64,000 bases of DNA from an uncultured Actinomycetes bacterium (GTDB taxonomy: Bacteria > Actinomycetota > Acidimicrobiia > IMCC26256 > PALSA-555): the NCBI GenBank assembly GCA_963849135.1, contig CAWKGF010000005.1, forward strand, positions 22,826-86,825, in the 5' to 3' direction. This document shows, in pieces, positions 9,387 through 20,693 of the stretch. Position 1 is the stretch's first letter; every line of letters begins with the position of its first letter. The position numbers and the translations under genes were made by a program. The notes below the pieces were generated by a model that was not told where the DNA came from, did no database searches, and worked only from the letters and a program-made list of their open reading frames with translations.

Positions 9387-10508
9387 ATGAGCGAGCCGAC
9401 CGAGACCGAGAGTCGCCGGGCGTTCGGCGACCTCGTGGAGATGCTGCGCGCGATCGACAGTCAGTACCTGAGTGCCGAGAACGGGATCACGACTCCGGGC
9501 GACGACGCGGACGGTCATCGGTTTCTCATGCATCTGCTCGAGAGCGCGGTGACGATGGCGTTCGAGAGCGACCCGGACCATCCCGACCTGCGACGGATCG
9601 TGACCCCGACCCGTAAGGCGCTCGGTGACAATCCCGACGCGATCTACTTCGAGGCGCCGCTGAACCCGGCCCGGACCTACCGGATGCGGGGCAACCTCGC
9701 CGGGGCCGTCTACACATCGATCACGGTCGAGGCAGGGCCAACCGACGGCGGGTACGGGACCCGGACCGCCGGGGTCATCAACGAGACCCAGTTCGACGTC
9801 GCGCCCGACGGCAGCTACGAGGTCACGCTGGGCGGCCCGGCGCAGGAGCGCAACTGGCTGGCGCTGCCCGACGACGCCGCGCACGTCACGACCCGCCACT
9901 ACTTCGAGGAGCTCCACCCCGCGGCAGCCGACCCGCTCCGATTCGTGCCCCTCACCATCGAGACCGTCGACCCGCTGCCGCCGCCGGCGCCGTGGAGCGA
10001 CGAGTCGGTGGCCGCCGGCATCCGGCGGGTCACCCAGTACCTGCGGGGCCGCACCCTGGATCGCCCGCCGCGGGACCCGGCGACACTGCCGACCTGGGTC
10101 GGCACGACACCCAACGTCTTCCCCAAGCCGGAGCGGCCGGGCGATCTGTCCCTCTCGGCGTTCGACGCCGCCTACTCATCGGCGCCGTACGTGCTGGGCC
10201 CGGACGAGGCGCTCGTCATCACGGGCCGCTGGCCGACGTGCCGCTTCGCGAGCGTCGACCTATGGAACCGATTCCTCCAGACCTACGACTACGTCCACCG
10301 TCCGGTCGGCCGGAACCGAGCCAACACGGTGCTCGAGGGCGACGGGACGTTCCGGCTGGTGCTGGCCCACCGCGACCCGCAGGTCCCGAACTGGCTGGAC
10401 ACCGAGGGCCGCCCGGCCGGGCAGCTGTTCTGGAGGTTCTTCTTACCAGAGGGTGACATCGAGACCCCACAGGCGGTCGTCGTCCCGTTCGCGTCGATCA
10501 GCCCCTAG
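9387..10508 (+). CDS. DUF1214-type conserved hypothetical protein
   Basis: 373 aa ORF. Its pattern (DGHRFLMHLLESAV...RHYFEE...NWLDTEGRPAGQLFWRFFLP) resembles actinobacterial DUF1214 proteins as I recall them. Confidence 0.5.
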   Translation: MSEPTETESRRAFGDLVEMLRAIDSQYLSAENGITTPGDDADGHRFLMHLLESAVTMAFESDPDHPDLRRIVTPTRKALGDNPDAIYFEAPLNPARTYRMRGNLAGAVYTSITVEAGPTDGGYGTRTAGVINETQFDVAPDGSYEVTLGGPAQERNWLALPDDAAHVTTRHYFEELHPAAADPLRFVPLTIETVDPLPPPAPWSDESVAAGIRRVTQYLRGRTLDRPPRDPATLPTWVGTTPNVFPKPERPGDLSLSAFDAAYSSAPYVLGPDEALVITGRWPTCRFASVDLWNRFLQTYDYVHRPVGRNRANTVLEGDGTFRLVLAHRDPQVPNWLDTEGRPAGQLFWRFFLPEGDIETPQAVVVPFASISP

Positions 10509-10565
10509 ACCCCGCGACCACGGTCCGCGGTCATGGCGTGACCGCGTCGCGCCGAGCGCGCGGCG

Positions 10566-10581
10566 TTCACTCCCCCGAAAC
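10566..10581 (+). promoter_or_regulatory. Weak GlnR-box-like half site upstream of glnN
   Basis: TTCAC-tccccc-GAAAC against the reported gTnAc-n6-GaAAc pattern (1 mismatch). I found no clear second box. Confidence 0.2.
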
Positions 10582-10688
10582 ACTCCGGATTCATGGCGAC
10601 CGTACGTTGACGGCCGCTGATCGGGGCGCCACGCCGGCTCCCGGTCGGGCAGAGCGCGTCGCCAACGAGATCCGTGAGGAGTGGTCAC

Positions 10689-12872
10689 ATGAGTGGGAGC
10701 AGCTCCCGCCGGGAAGCGATCGAGGCCGTCAAGGACTACCAGCCGCCGAAGACCTTCTTCCCGCCTGCTGAGGATCCGGGCGAGATCTTCGGCGCGAACG
10801 TCTTCACGAAGGCCGAGATGCAGAAGCGGCTCCCCAAGCCGGTCTTCAAGTCCATCATGTCGACCATCGAGCACTCCAAGCCCCTCGACCCGGTGGTGGC
10901 GGACATGGTGGCGGTAGCGATGAAGGACTGGGCGATGGAGAAGGGCGCGACCCACTACGCCCACGTCTTCTACCCGCTGACCCACGCCACGGCCGAGAAG
11001 CACGACAGCTTCCTCGAGCCGGACGGGGACGGCTCCTCGATCGCCGAGTTCGCGGGCAAGACCCTGACCCAGGGCGAGCCCGACGCGTCGAGCTTCCCGA
11101 GCGGCGGGCTGCGCGCGACCTTCGAGGCCCGCGGCTACACCGGGTGGGATGTGACCAGCCCGGCGTACATCCTCGAGAACCCCAACGGGAACACGCTGTG
11201 CATCCCGACCGTCTTCGTGTCGATGACCGGTGAGGCGCTCGACCACAAGACGCCGCTCCTGCGGTCCCAGCAGGCGATGGCCAAGCAGGCCGAGCGGGTC
11301 CTGCGGCTCTTCGGCCACGAGAGCCCCGACGCCGTGGTGTCCTTTGCGGGCGCCGAGCAGGAGTACTTCCTGATCGACCGGAGCTTCTTCCTGGCCCGGC
11401 CGGATCTCCTGAACGCGGGCCGCACCCTGTTCGGCGCCAAGCCGCCGAAGGGTCAGGAGTTCGACGACCACTACTTCGGCGCCATCCCCGAGCGGGTGCT
11501 CGCTTTCATGCTCGACGCCGAGCGCGAGCTGTTCAAGCTCGGCATCCCAGCCAAGACCCGCCACAACGAGGTCGCGCCCGGCCAGTTCGAGCTGGCCCCG
11601 ATGTTCGAGCGGTCGAACGTCGCCACCGACCATCAGCAGCTCCTGATGGTGACCCTGAAGCGCGTCGCCCAGACGGCACGGGATGGAGTGCCTGTTCCAC
11701 GAGAAGCCGTTCGAGGGGATCAACGGCTCCGGGAAGCACGTCAACTTCTCGGTCGGGCAACTCCACGGAGGGCAACCTTCTGCTCCCCGGCGACACCCCG
11801 CACGAGAACGCTCAGTTCCTCGTGTTCTGCGCGGCGGTGATCCGCGCCGTGCACAACTGCACGGGAGCCTCCTGCGGGCGTCGGTGGCGTCGGCCACCAA
11901 CGACCACCGGCTCGGGGCCAACGAAGCCCCGCCGGCGATCATCTCGATCTTCCTCGGCGAGCAGCTCGCCGACGTGTTCGAGCAGATCGCCAAGGGCGGT
12001 GCCACCAGCTCCAAGGAGAAGGGCCACCTCGCCATCGGGGTCGACACGCTGCCCGTCCTCCCGACCGACCCCGGGGACCGCAACCGGACCAGCCCCTTCG
12101 CGTTCACCGGCAACCGGTTCGAGTTCCGGGCCCCCGGCTCCCTGCAGTCGATCGCCGGCGCCGATGGTCACGATCAACACGATCCTGGCCGAGGCGCTCG
12201 ACTACATCGCGGACGAGCTCGAGGCGAAGGTCGCCAGCGGGACTGACTTCAACGAGGCGGTCCAGGCAGTGCTGAAGGACATCGTCGACCGCCCACGGCG
12301 ACGTCGTGTTCAACGAGGACGACTACTCGGACGAGTGGCAGGTCGAGGCAGCCAGGCGGGGCCTGCCGAACCTGCGGACCACCCTCGACGCGCTGCCCGA
12401 GCTGATCACCGAGCCGGCGATGGAGCTGTTCAGCCGTTACGGGGTGTTCAGCCACCGGGAGATGCACAGCCGCTACGAGATCGCGCTGGAGCAGTATGCG
12501 CTCAGCATCGGCGTGGAGGCGCGGCTGACCTCGGAGATCGCGTCCACGATCGTGCTGCCCTCGGCGTTGCGATACCAGACCGAGCTGGCCGCGAACCTGG
12601 CTGCGCTGCAAACGATCGGAGTCGACACCGACTTCAGCACGCTGAACGAGGTGTCAGAATCCATCAAGTCGCTCCGATCGGGTATCGCGGTACTGCGCTC
12701 GGAGCTGAGCCACGACGCGGAATCCTCGGTGCAGAAGGAAGCCGAGCATGCTCAAGAGGGGCTGCTCCCGGCGATGACCGCAGTGCGAGCAGCCGCGGAC
12801 GAGCTCGAGACGCTCGTCGCCGACGACCTCTGGCCGCTGGCCACCTACCAGGAGATGCTCTACATCCTGTAG
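10689..12872 (+). pseudogene. glnN: Glutamine synthetase type III (GlnN) carrying 5 frameshifts within about 600 bp
   Basis: Residues 1-330 are intact ([22 protein letters not shown]...[15 protein letters not shown]). The frame then changes near 11670, 11757, 11860, 12160 and 12285 ([18 protein letters not shown] / [20 protein letters not shown] / [30 protein letters not shown] / [15 protein letters not shown] / [10 protein letters not shown]...YQEMLYIL*). Total length is 728 codons and the net shift is 0. Confidence 0.8.
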
Positions 12873-12919
12873 CCGGGCGTCACGCCCACCCGCGCCACCA
12901 GCCCGCGGCTGTTCGACGG

Positions 12920-13261
12920 GAGCTCGTGTCGGCCTCCGAGATCGAGTCGCTCTCCCGGTCGGCGCTCGAGGCGGTGGCGTTCGACACGCGGGTAATCACG
13001 ACCGCCGTGTTCGGGCTACCAGAAGTCATCATGGACGGACGCGACGGCATCCTCGTCGAGCCCTGGGACCTGTTGGCCTTGGAGTCGGGGCTGCGGCGGT
13101 TCCTTGCCCTCGACCGGCCCACCCGCACGATGATGGGCCGCCAGGCCCGGCGGCGAGTACGGAGCTGGTTCAGGTCTCGTGACGACCTCGTCGCGTGGTC
13201 GGCGATCCCGGACGGACTGGCCAACGATCCACGGCGTCCCCCGATGCTCGCGACGCCCTGA
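12920..13261 (+). pseudogene. C-terminal remnant of a GT1/GT4 glycosyltransferase
   Basis: Only the last ~110 aa are present ([59 protein letters not shown]...). There is no N-terminal domain and it begins right after the glnN stop. Confidence 0.5.
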
Positions 13262-13285
13262 TGCCCCGTTCAGCTCGCCAGCAGC

Positions 13286-14899
13286 TCAGCCCCCAATGGT
13301 CGACTGGCTCGCCACCCGATCGAGGACTGCAGCGTCCGCCGGGAGCAGGTAGCCCTTCGAGACATCTGCCGCGACGGCTTGGTTCCACTTGGTCACGAAG
13401 GCCTGATGCGTCGGGTAAAGGGAAGCGAGCTTCGCTGAGCTGAAGGGAGTCGTCAACCCGAAGATCCTGCAGAACCCGCCGCCGGCGTTGGAGGTGTCTC
13501 CAGTCCCGTTCACGATCGCGATCGGCGCCGCGACCTGGGGTGTTCGTATGCCGCCGAGCGCCTCACCGTTGCTGTCCGTGACGTACGAGGATGGGCTGGC
13601 CACGTCGAGGCGCGGCGACTGGGGGGGTGGCGTTCCGGTGATCATCCAGTTGTTGAGCGCGACCACCGCGGCCCGGAGCGGGTAGGTGTGCGCCCCGGCG
13701 TTGAAGGGGACCGGGCAGCTGATCGCTCCGCTGTCGAAGGAAGAGACGGGGTTGATCATCGTGTCGAAGGTCGCCACATCCGCCGAGCCGTTGCCAGTGT
13801 CGGTCATCGACTCGCCGAGGCCATAGCTGTCGTAGTGCGCCGTGCCGGCCACTTCCCACTCACGGATGAACTGGGTCGGGGCCTGTCGAGCAGGCAGGTA
13901 GCCGAGGAGGAGCACGTCGGCTTCGGTTTCGAACATCATGACCGGCACGTTGAGGTCAGTCCGGATGAATGTCGGCGTGGGAGGGTTGATGGCGGGTTGG
14001 GGTGCCTGGGACAGGGCGGCACCCGATCCCCCCCGGCTGTAGACGAAGTAGCCGTTGTAAACCCCTTGCGACTGGGGTTGCAGCGCGTTGATGTAGGTGA
14101 CGAGCCTCGAGGCGGACTGCGACTCTCCGAGGGCGAGGAGCCGCTTGGGCTGGAGCCCATTCAGGATTCGGGCCGCGTCGCTGCGGATGGCGGCGCCGGC
14201 CTGCTCGAAGATGCTGTATGAGTAGCTGTCGCCGGGGTGCTCGAGCGAGCCGTAGCGAGCCGGATCTGCCCCCTTGATCCCACCGGCTTGACCGCTGCTC
14301 GCGCCGAGCGAGCCGGCCTCACCGACGATGCCGCCGGCCTGCGCGCTCACCCCGACATAGATCATGCCGCTGCGAAGCATTTGCACGTGATCGGTCAACC
14401 ATGCCGCCGCCGCGTCGACACCGCCGCTCACGTTGAGCCACTCCACAACCACAGTGCCGTCGAAGCGCTTGGGGTTGATCGGCCGGTACACCACCATCCG
14501 GGTCTTATACGGCGCAGTGCTCCCAGGGGTGACCTTCCACCGACCGTTGGACGTCAACTGCGTCGCACTCGTGTACGCCGTCGCCGTGCCGGACAGGAAA
14601 TACTCGTTCTGCTCGTAGCCGACACTGCCCAGATCGAAGCTCGTGGTGCCGACCAAGTTGATGCCCTGTCCGCCCGTCACCGGACCGGTGACGGGCGCGT
14701 GCGGAACGCTTGTCAGCACCGGATGATCTGGCGCATGCCCGCCGGCCTGCTGGGTCGCGTTCGCCGGTCCCCCACCCGCGGCCACGACCACGCCCACGCC
14801 CACGCCCAGACTGAGCATCGCGGCGAAGAGGCCGCGGGCGATGCGCCGAACGGTCCGCCCCTGGTGGCCGTCTTCGCCGCTGAGGATCCTTGCTGTCAC
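13286..14899 (-). CDS. Secreted alpha/beta-hydrolase-like protein of unknown specificity
   Basis: GTG at 14899 after GAGGAGG. RR-containing signal peptide (RTVRRIARGLFAAMLSLGVGVGVVVAAGG). Nucleophile-elbow-like LLALGESQSASRL. Codon usage is richer in A/T-ending codons than in core genes. Confidence 0.55.
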   Translation of the reverse strand: MTARILSGEDGHQGRTVRRIARGLFAAMLSLGVGVGVVVAAGGGPANATQQAGGHAPDHPVLTSVPHAPVTGPVTGGQGINLVGTTSFDLGSVGYEQNEYFLSGTATAYTSATQLTSNGRWKVTPGSTAPYKTRMVVYRPINPKRFDGTVVVEWLNVSGGVDAAAAWLTDHVQMLRSGMIYVGVSAQAGGIVGEAGSLGASSGQAGGIKGADPARYGSLEHPGDSYSYSIFEQAGAAIRSDAARILNGLQPKRLLALGESQSASRLVTYINALQPQSQGVYNGYFVYSRGGSGAALSQAPQPAINPPTPTFIRTDLNVPVMMFETEADVLLLGYLPARQAPTQFIREWEVAGTAHYDSYGLGESMTDTGNGSADVATFDTMINPVSSFDSGAISCPVPFNAGAHTYPLRAAVVALNNWMITGTPPPQSPRLDVASPSSYVTDSNGEALGGIRTPQVAAPIAIVNGTGDTSNAGGGFCRIFGLTTPFSSAKLASLYPTHQAFVTKWNQAVAADVSKGYLLPADAAVLDRVASQSTIGG

Positions 14900-15262
14900 G
14901 ACTGCCTCCTCGCGCCCGGGCAACCGCAGCCCGAGCTGGCAGAGTCTGCCGAGTGTGTCGCACGCTGTCAACGGGCGGGCCGCCGCCCTCGCCACGCGCC
15001 GAGACGACGAGCTCCCACCGTTCGGGCCCGGGGGACCGTCAGGACTGCACACTCGCTACCTGGTCGTCACTCTTCGCCCAGCCGGACGGAGCACTCATCG
15101 GCAGCGCGGGGCCTGGAGTGATGTCGTGTGCACCGACTTGTAACAGAAAACCGTCGTCGACACCACTGGGTGGAGGTCAGACGCTGGGCACCGAGATCTT
15201 CTCGGCGCGCTCTTCGGATGAGGCCTCCCACCAGCTCGGTTCGTGGATGCCAGACTCACCTG

Positions 15263-15309
15263 ATGGCTCGCCCACACAGTCTTCGGTGTGTGCTGGTATC
15301 ACACACGCA
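15263..15309 (+). pseudogene. 5' fragment of the GH38 alpha-mannosidase gene, cut off by the IS insertion
   Basis: MARPHSLRCVLVSHT, then IS sequence. Joining it to 16820 onward restores ...VLVSHTHWDREWY. Confidence 0.75.
15302..15309. repeat. Target-site duplication, left copy (CACACGCA)
   Basis: An identical 8-mer occurs at 16812..16819 directly flanking the IS. Confidence 0.75.
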
Positions 15310-16811
15310 GTTTGTGTCCCTTGAAGTGGTGTAACTCCGGGGTCCACCCATGAGGTGGGCCACCGCGTGATCCTCAGCGTGATCCGTCCAAGGAACACGC
15401 GAAGGAGACACCACGGTGGCCCTCTCTCAGTCTGACCTTATCGATCTGCTCGACGCGATCCGCGCTGGCGGGGACCTCGATGTTGTTCGACGCTCGGTGG
15501 AGCTGGTGCTCCAGGCGCTGATCGAAGCCGAGGCGACCGAGGTGATCGGCGCGGAGCCTCCATGAGCGCACCCCGACGCGCACCAACCAGCGCAACGGAG
15601 CCCGAGACCGGTTGCTGTCGACGAAGGCCGGGGATGTGGAACTGCGGATCCCGAAGCTGCGGAAGGGGTCGTTCTTCCCGGCGGTGCTCGAGCGTCGCCG
15701 TCGCATCGACCGGGCACTCTTCGCCGTGGTGATCGAGGCCTACGTCCACGGAGTGAGCACGAGGAAGGTCGATGATCTCGTCGCCGCGCTGGGGTTGGAC
15801 TCGGGGATCTCCAAGTCCGAGGTGAGCCGGATCTGCGCCGAGCTCGACACCACCCTCGAAGCGTTCCGAACCAGGTCCTTGGAGCATGTCGAGTTCCCGT
15901 ACGTGTTCTTGGATGCCACCTACGTCAAGGCCCGCGTCGGCGGGCGGGTGCTGGCCCGAGCGGTCGTGATCGCCACCGGCGTCACCCGGGCCGGCGACCG
16001 GGAGGTCCTGGGCTGTGATGTCGGCGACTCCGAAGACGGCGCTTTTTGGACCGCCTTCCTGCGCTCCCTGCGGGCACGCGGGCTCGCCGGGGTCCAGTTG
16101 GTGATCTCGGATGCCCACCAGGGCCTCGTCACCTCCATCGGAGCCGTGCTCTTAGGAGCGGCCTGGCAGCGCTGCCGAGTGCACTTCATGCGAAACGTCC
16201 TCGCCAAGGTCCCCAAAGCCTCCGGGGAGATGGTCGCCGCCGCGATCCGAACCATCTTCGCTCAACCCGACCAGGACCACGTCGAGACCCAGTTCGACGA
16301 GATCACCACCATGCTCGGACGTCAGTTCCCCGTCGTCGCCGACATGCTCACCGACGCCCGAGCCGACCTGCTCGCCTTCGCGGGCTTCCCCGTCGTGCAC
16401 TGGAAGAAGATCTGGTCCACGAACCCGCTCGAGCGACTCAACAAAGAGATCAAACGCCGAACCAACGTCGTGGGCATCTTCCCCAACGAAGCATCCCTGA
16501 CACGCCTCGTCACCGCGGTCATCGCCGAGACCCACGACGAATGGCAGGTCTGTGACCGGCGCTACCTCTCCGAAGCATCCATGAACAAGCTCTACGAACA
16601 ACCCGCCGAACAGCCCGCCCCAACGCTCACCCCCGCGATCGCGTCATGAGCACCAAAACGCAGCCGCTACGTTTCGATCTGACGCCCGCTAACGAAGCCG
16701 CCGGCACCCAACACCCGGCCGATCACTTGCCGGCGTGCCCGCTACGCGTCAACATCACCGAACAGCACGCCGAGGACCACGATCGCCTACACCACTCGGC
16801 GGGGCACGGCC
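15310..16811 (+). mobile_element. IS256-family insertion sequence (1502 bp)
   Basis: Bounded by the 8-bp direct repeat CACACGCA. Imperfect ~24-bp terminal inverted repeats (GTTTGTGTCCCTTGAAGTGGTGTA vs the reverse complement of TACACCACTCGGCGGGGCACGGCC, about 16/24). Contains one transposase gene. Confidence 0.8.
15416..16649 (+). CDS. IS256-family transposase, frameshift near 15560
   Basis: The N-terminus VALSQSDLIDLLDAIRAGGDLDVVRRSVELVLQALIEAEATEVIGAEP runs into a TGA. The next frame continues HERTPTRTNQRNGARDRLLSTKAGDVELRIPKLRKGSFFP...DAHQGL...NPLERLNKEIKRRT (ORF 15612..16649). Confidence 0.85.
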
Positions 16812-16819
16812 CACACGCA
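16812..16819. repeat. Target-site duplication, right copy (CACACGCA)
   Basis: See 15302..15309. It encodes the HTH of the HTHWD motif. Confidence 0.75.
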
Positions 16820-19340
16820 TTGGGATCGGGAGTGGTATCGGACGTTTGAGAGCTTCCGGGGGCGACTGGTCGATGCTCTTGATCGGGTGCTCGACCTGCT
16901 CCGTGACGATCCCGGTTGGTTCTTTGTCCTTGATGGCCAGTCAATCGTGCTCGAGGACTACCTCGACATTCGAACCGAGCGCCGCGACGAGCTCGTGTCC
17001 GCGTGTCGTAACGGTCGTCTTAGGGTCGGGCCCTGGTACGTCCAGCCCGATTCGCTCATTCCGGGAGGCGAAGCCCACGTCCGGAACTTGTTGGAGGGTC
17101 GTCTCGTCGCCGCGGAGTTCGGCTCCGTGTCCTCTGTGGCGTACACACCGGATTCGTTCGGCCATCCGGCCCAGTTCCCGCAGCTCTTCACCGGCTTCGG
17201 CCTCGAGGCCTTCCTCTATTGGCGGGGCAGCGGTTCGGAGATCGACACGCTCGGCACCACGTACGCGTGGGAAGCGCCCGACGGTTCAGTGATCCCGGCA
17301 TGCCTGCTCGCGAAGGGGTACTTCTGCGCCTCAGCACTGCCGAGCGACATCGAGGAAGCGGTGGAACGCCTCACCGACTTGGGGGAGCACCTCGCATCTG
17401 GTGACGGCGACGCGGTCTTGTTCATGAACGGAGTCGACCACGCGCTCCCTGATCCCAACACCGCGGAGGTGTCCGAGGCGCTCGCACACGCCACCGGGTG
17501 GTCGGTATCGCGCGGACTGCTCGAGGACTACCTGGCCGTCGCGCTCGACGGTCGCGACCTGGCGCGGTTTTCGGGGGAGCTGCTCGGGGCCCGATTGACG
17601 ATTCTCCTGCCGGGCGTCTGGTCATCGCGGATGGCCTTGAAACTGCGCAATCGTCGGGCAGAGACCGCTCTGTTGGGGTGGGCAGAAGCCTGGACGGCGC
17701 TCGGCGGTCAGCACGGCACGCCTGACGAGCGTCCGGCATTGCGGCTGGCCTGGCGTTCCTTGTTGGCGAACCAAGCACACGACTCGATTTGTGGGTGCTC
17801 GATCGACGCGGTCCACGACCAGATGCAGGGCCGCTTTGACACAGCCGAGGGCTTGGCCGAGTCAACGACCGCTCGCGTGCTCGAACGGCTCGCGGGCCTC
17901 GGCCCCGAACGCCGCACGCCATGGTCGGATCGGCTCGACGTCGCAGTCTTCAACCCGTCCCCGCACTCACGCACCGACGTCGTGCGCATCCCCCTCGACG
18001 GCTTCCCGCCCGTGCGCCTGGCCGGTGACGTACAAGACCTCCACCCGTCGATCCTGGCCGGGCTCGTCCATTCCGGATTTACCGTCGACGGCACCCCCGC
18101 CCGAGTCGTGGCGTCGCAGGACGCCACGCGCTTCCAGGTGATCACCTCCGCCGCGCCCCTCGACCTCGAGGTCGTCATCGAGGACGTCCCGGCCTTCGGC
18201 TGGCGTCGGGTCGCGATCGCGCCGAGCGACGAAGCGGCGCCAGACACCATCGACGACGGACTCGAGATCAGCACCGACTCCGTTGGCGTGGTCGTCGCCG
18301 TCGACGGGACGCTCACCGTGCGGCTGGGAGCCCGCCAGTGGCCAGGGCTCGCCAGCGTCGAAGACTGCGGCGACCGCGGCGACAGTTACGACGCCGACCC
18401 CGTGGGTCCGCTGGTCACACATCCGACCTCGGTCTCGGTCGAACGCCGACGACACGAGAGCGGGATCCAGACGCTACGCGTGGAGCGCGTCTTCGCAATT
18501 CCCATCGGCTTGAGCGCGGATCGAAGCACGCGTCGGGACTCCACCACCATGTGCACCGTGACGACCGAGGTCCGGGTCGCACCCGGCGTCGAACGTCTCG
18601 GCCTTACGGTGACCATCGACAACACGGCTGACGACCACCGCCTCCGGCTCGTGTTCCCCACCGGCTCACCCGTCGAAGCGTTCCGAGCCGCAACCACCTT
18701 CGATATCGCCACACGATCGACAACACCCCCGGACGACCGGCAATGGGTCCACCCTGCGCCGTCCACGTTCCCGCACCAGGGGTGGGTCGCGGTCAACGGC
18801 CTCCTGGTCGGCACGCCGGGACTGCCCGAGGCCGAAGTCACGGCCGACGGTGCCATCGCGGTGACCGCGCTGCGCGCGGTCGGCTGGCTCAGCCGCGGCG
18901 ACCTGCGCACCCGCCCGGTTCAGGCCGGACCGGGGATGCCCGCTCCGGGCGCCCAGTGCCCCGGTCCACTCGTCGCCCGGCTCGTCGTGGCGACCGATGC
19001 CGATCCCTTCATCGCCCACGACGCCGAACTCGGGCTGCGCGCTGTTCCAGCCGGCGATACGCCCCTCCTCGACCCCGGCGTCGCGCTCCTCGAGCTCGCA
19101 CCGCGCTCGCTCATGCTCAGCGCCTTGAAACCGCCGAACAACGGAGAGGGGCTCGTCGTCCGTGTCCTGAACCCGACCGGCGAGAGCCTCGAAGCGAACC
19201 TGCACCTTGGTGGACCAGCGACGACCGCGACCCCAGTTCGGCTTGACGAGACCCCGAGTGGCCCTCGTACCCGCATCATCGACGGATCCTTGACGTTCGA
19301 TGTGCCTCCCCACACGCTGCGGTCAGTGCTGGTGCGCTGA
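16812..19340 (+). pseudogene. GH38 alpha-mannosidase, 3' 98% of the gene separated from its start by the IS
   Basis: HTHWDREWYRTFESFRGRLVDALDRVLDLLRDDPGWFFVLDGQ...AYTPDSFGHPAQFPQLF...ANQAHDSICGCS, followed by 817 aa of ORF 16887..19340. The next in-frame start (16887) lies after the metal-binding HTHWD motif. Confidence 0.8.
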
Positions 19341-19417
19341 GACCACCCGGGCGGTCCGGGCTGGGCATCAGCAACTGCGAACCTCCCTCGAGTCCATCTG
19401 TGCCAGGGCTTTGATGC

Positions 19418-20416
19418 CTAGAGGGTCCCCCGAACCTGGAGCCCGACTGAGCTGATCTGAATGGGAAGCACCCGGTAGCAGGGGTCCAACCCGCGAATCC
19501 GGTGCTCGACCGCGTCCTTGGCCGCTTGGGTGGCGCTCAAGATCGTGACCGAGCCGCCGTCTCCGCCCGCCCCATTGACCTTCCATCCGATCGCCCCTTG
19601 GGCGGCCGCGGACTCAATCACCCGTCGCGCGTCCGCGCCCACCAGCTCACGATGGAGGGAACTCTGGGCCGCGGTATTGGCGATCATCGCCTGACCAAAC
19701 GCGTCGACATCACGGGCCAGGACCGCGTCCCGCGCCGCGACGGCCGCATCGCGCAGCCGCGAGAACGCCTCCGGCCCGTGATCCACCACGCTCTCGATGA
19801 CGTGGCGGTGCAGGCCCGAGGAGTCGCGGGCGCGCCCAAGGAAGACCAGGGTGAGCCGGTGACCGAGATCCTCCCAGGCCGGCAGCGTGTGCACCCGAGC
19901 CTCGGGGTACGGCTCGATTTCGAGATAGTTGATCCCACCAAACGCCACGCTCAATTGGTCTTGTATCCCGCTCTCGTCGCCGAGACCGTCGACTTCGAGC
20001 CGATGCGCTGCGTAGGCAACGTCGCGCGGCGACAGTTGATCGGAACGCGCGACTGCCAACGCGCCCAGCAGAGCAACCGCGACGGCCGCGGACGTACCCG
20101 CGCCGCAACCGGCGGGGACGACCGAACGCACGGTGACCTCCACGCTGACATCCTCCGGAGGTGGATACGCGTCGATGGCAGCCTCTACGAGTCGGTGTCG
20201 GGCGACCCGAGACGCGCCCGGGACGATCGCATACCGCTCGCTGACGCTCTCGACGTCGACGTCGAGCACCACTCGATCTGGACCCGTCGTCGCGCCGATC
20301 GAGACCGCTAATCCCGGCCTCACCGCTATGTTCAAGACCCGACCCGGCCCGCCGAACCACGTGTCGGTCCAGCCACCGTTGTCGCAGATCCGAACTGGTA
20401 CCGACGCTTCGATCAT
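19418..20416 (-). CDS. GHMP-family sugar kinase (HddA/fucokinase-like)
   Basis: PVRICDNGGWTDTWF N-terminus and GHMP ATP motif PAGCGAGTSAAVAVALLGAL. 332 aa. Confidence 0.7.
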   Translation of the reverse strand: MIEASVPVRICDNGGWTDTWFGGPGRVLNIAVRPGLAVSIGATTGPDRVVLDVDVESVSERYAIVPGASRVARHRLVEAAIDAYPPPEDVSVEVTVRSVVPAGCGAGTSAAVAVALLGALAVARSDQLSPRDVAYAAHRLEVDGLGDESGIQDQLSVAFGGINYLEIEPYPEARVHTLPAWEDLGHRLTLVFLGRARDSSGLHRHVIESVVDHGPEAFSRLRDAAVAARDAVLARDVDAFGQAMIANTAAQSSLHRELVGADARRVIESAAAQGAIGWKVNGAGGDGGSVTILSATQAAKDAVEHRIRGLDPCYRVLPIQISSVGLQVRGTL

Positions 20417-20693
20417 CTGCGAGGACCCTAGCTACAAGCCAGCGCGCCTCGCCGCCCACTCTGTCGCAACCATCACATCCGTGCAATGACTCGCGGTTCT
20501 GAGGACCGCGAGTCGTCTCCGACTCGGCGGGCTCAAGCCGTCGGCCCTTTGCCGCTGCGCAGTAGACGTCGTATTCATCGGGAAGACGCATATTGGGACC
20601 ACCGGCCTGCAAGCCCGAGGGCGTCGTGCTCCGCTCAAAAGCAGGCGGGACAACTCTCGTCGTGTTCGCCTGCCACGCCATAGGCTGGATTCA

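Noticed and set aside
11822-13261. 479-aa ORF 11822..13261
   Set aside because: It is a composite. It contains two in-frame glnN segments, long off-frame Arg/Pro-rich read-through, and the glycosyltransferase remnant at its end. It is not a single gene.
15540-15570. Programmed ribosomal frameshift in the IS256 transposase
   Set aside because: There is no slippery heptamer or downstream structure at the shift (gcggagcctccatgagcgc), and IS256-family transposases are normally one ORF. The likelier explanation is an indel, real or an assembly error.
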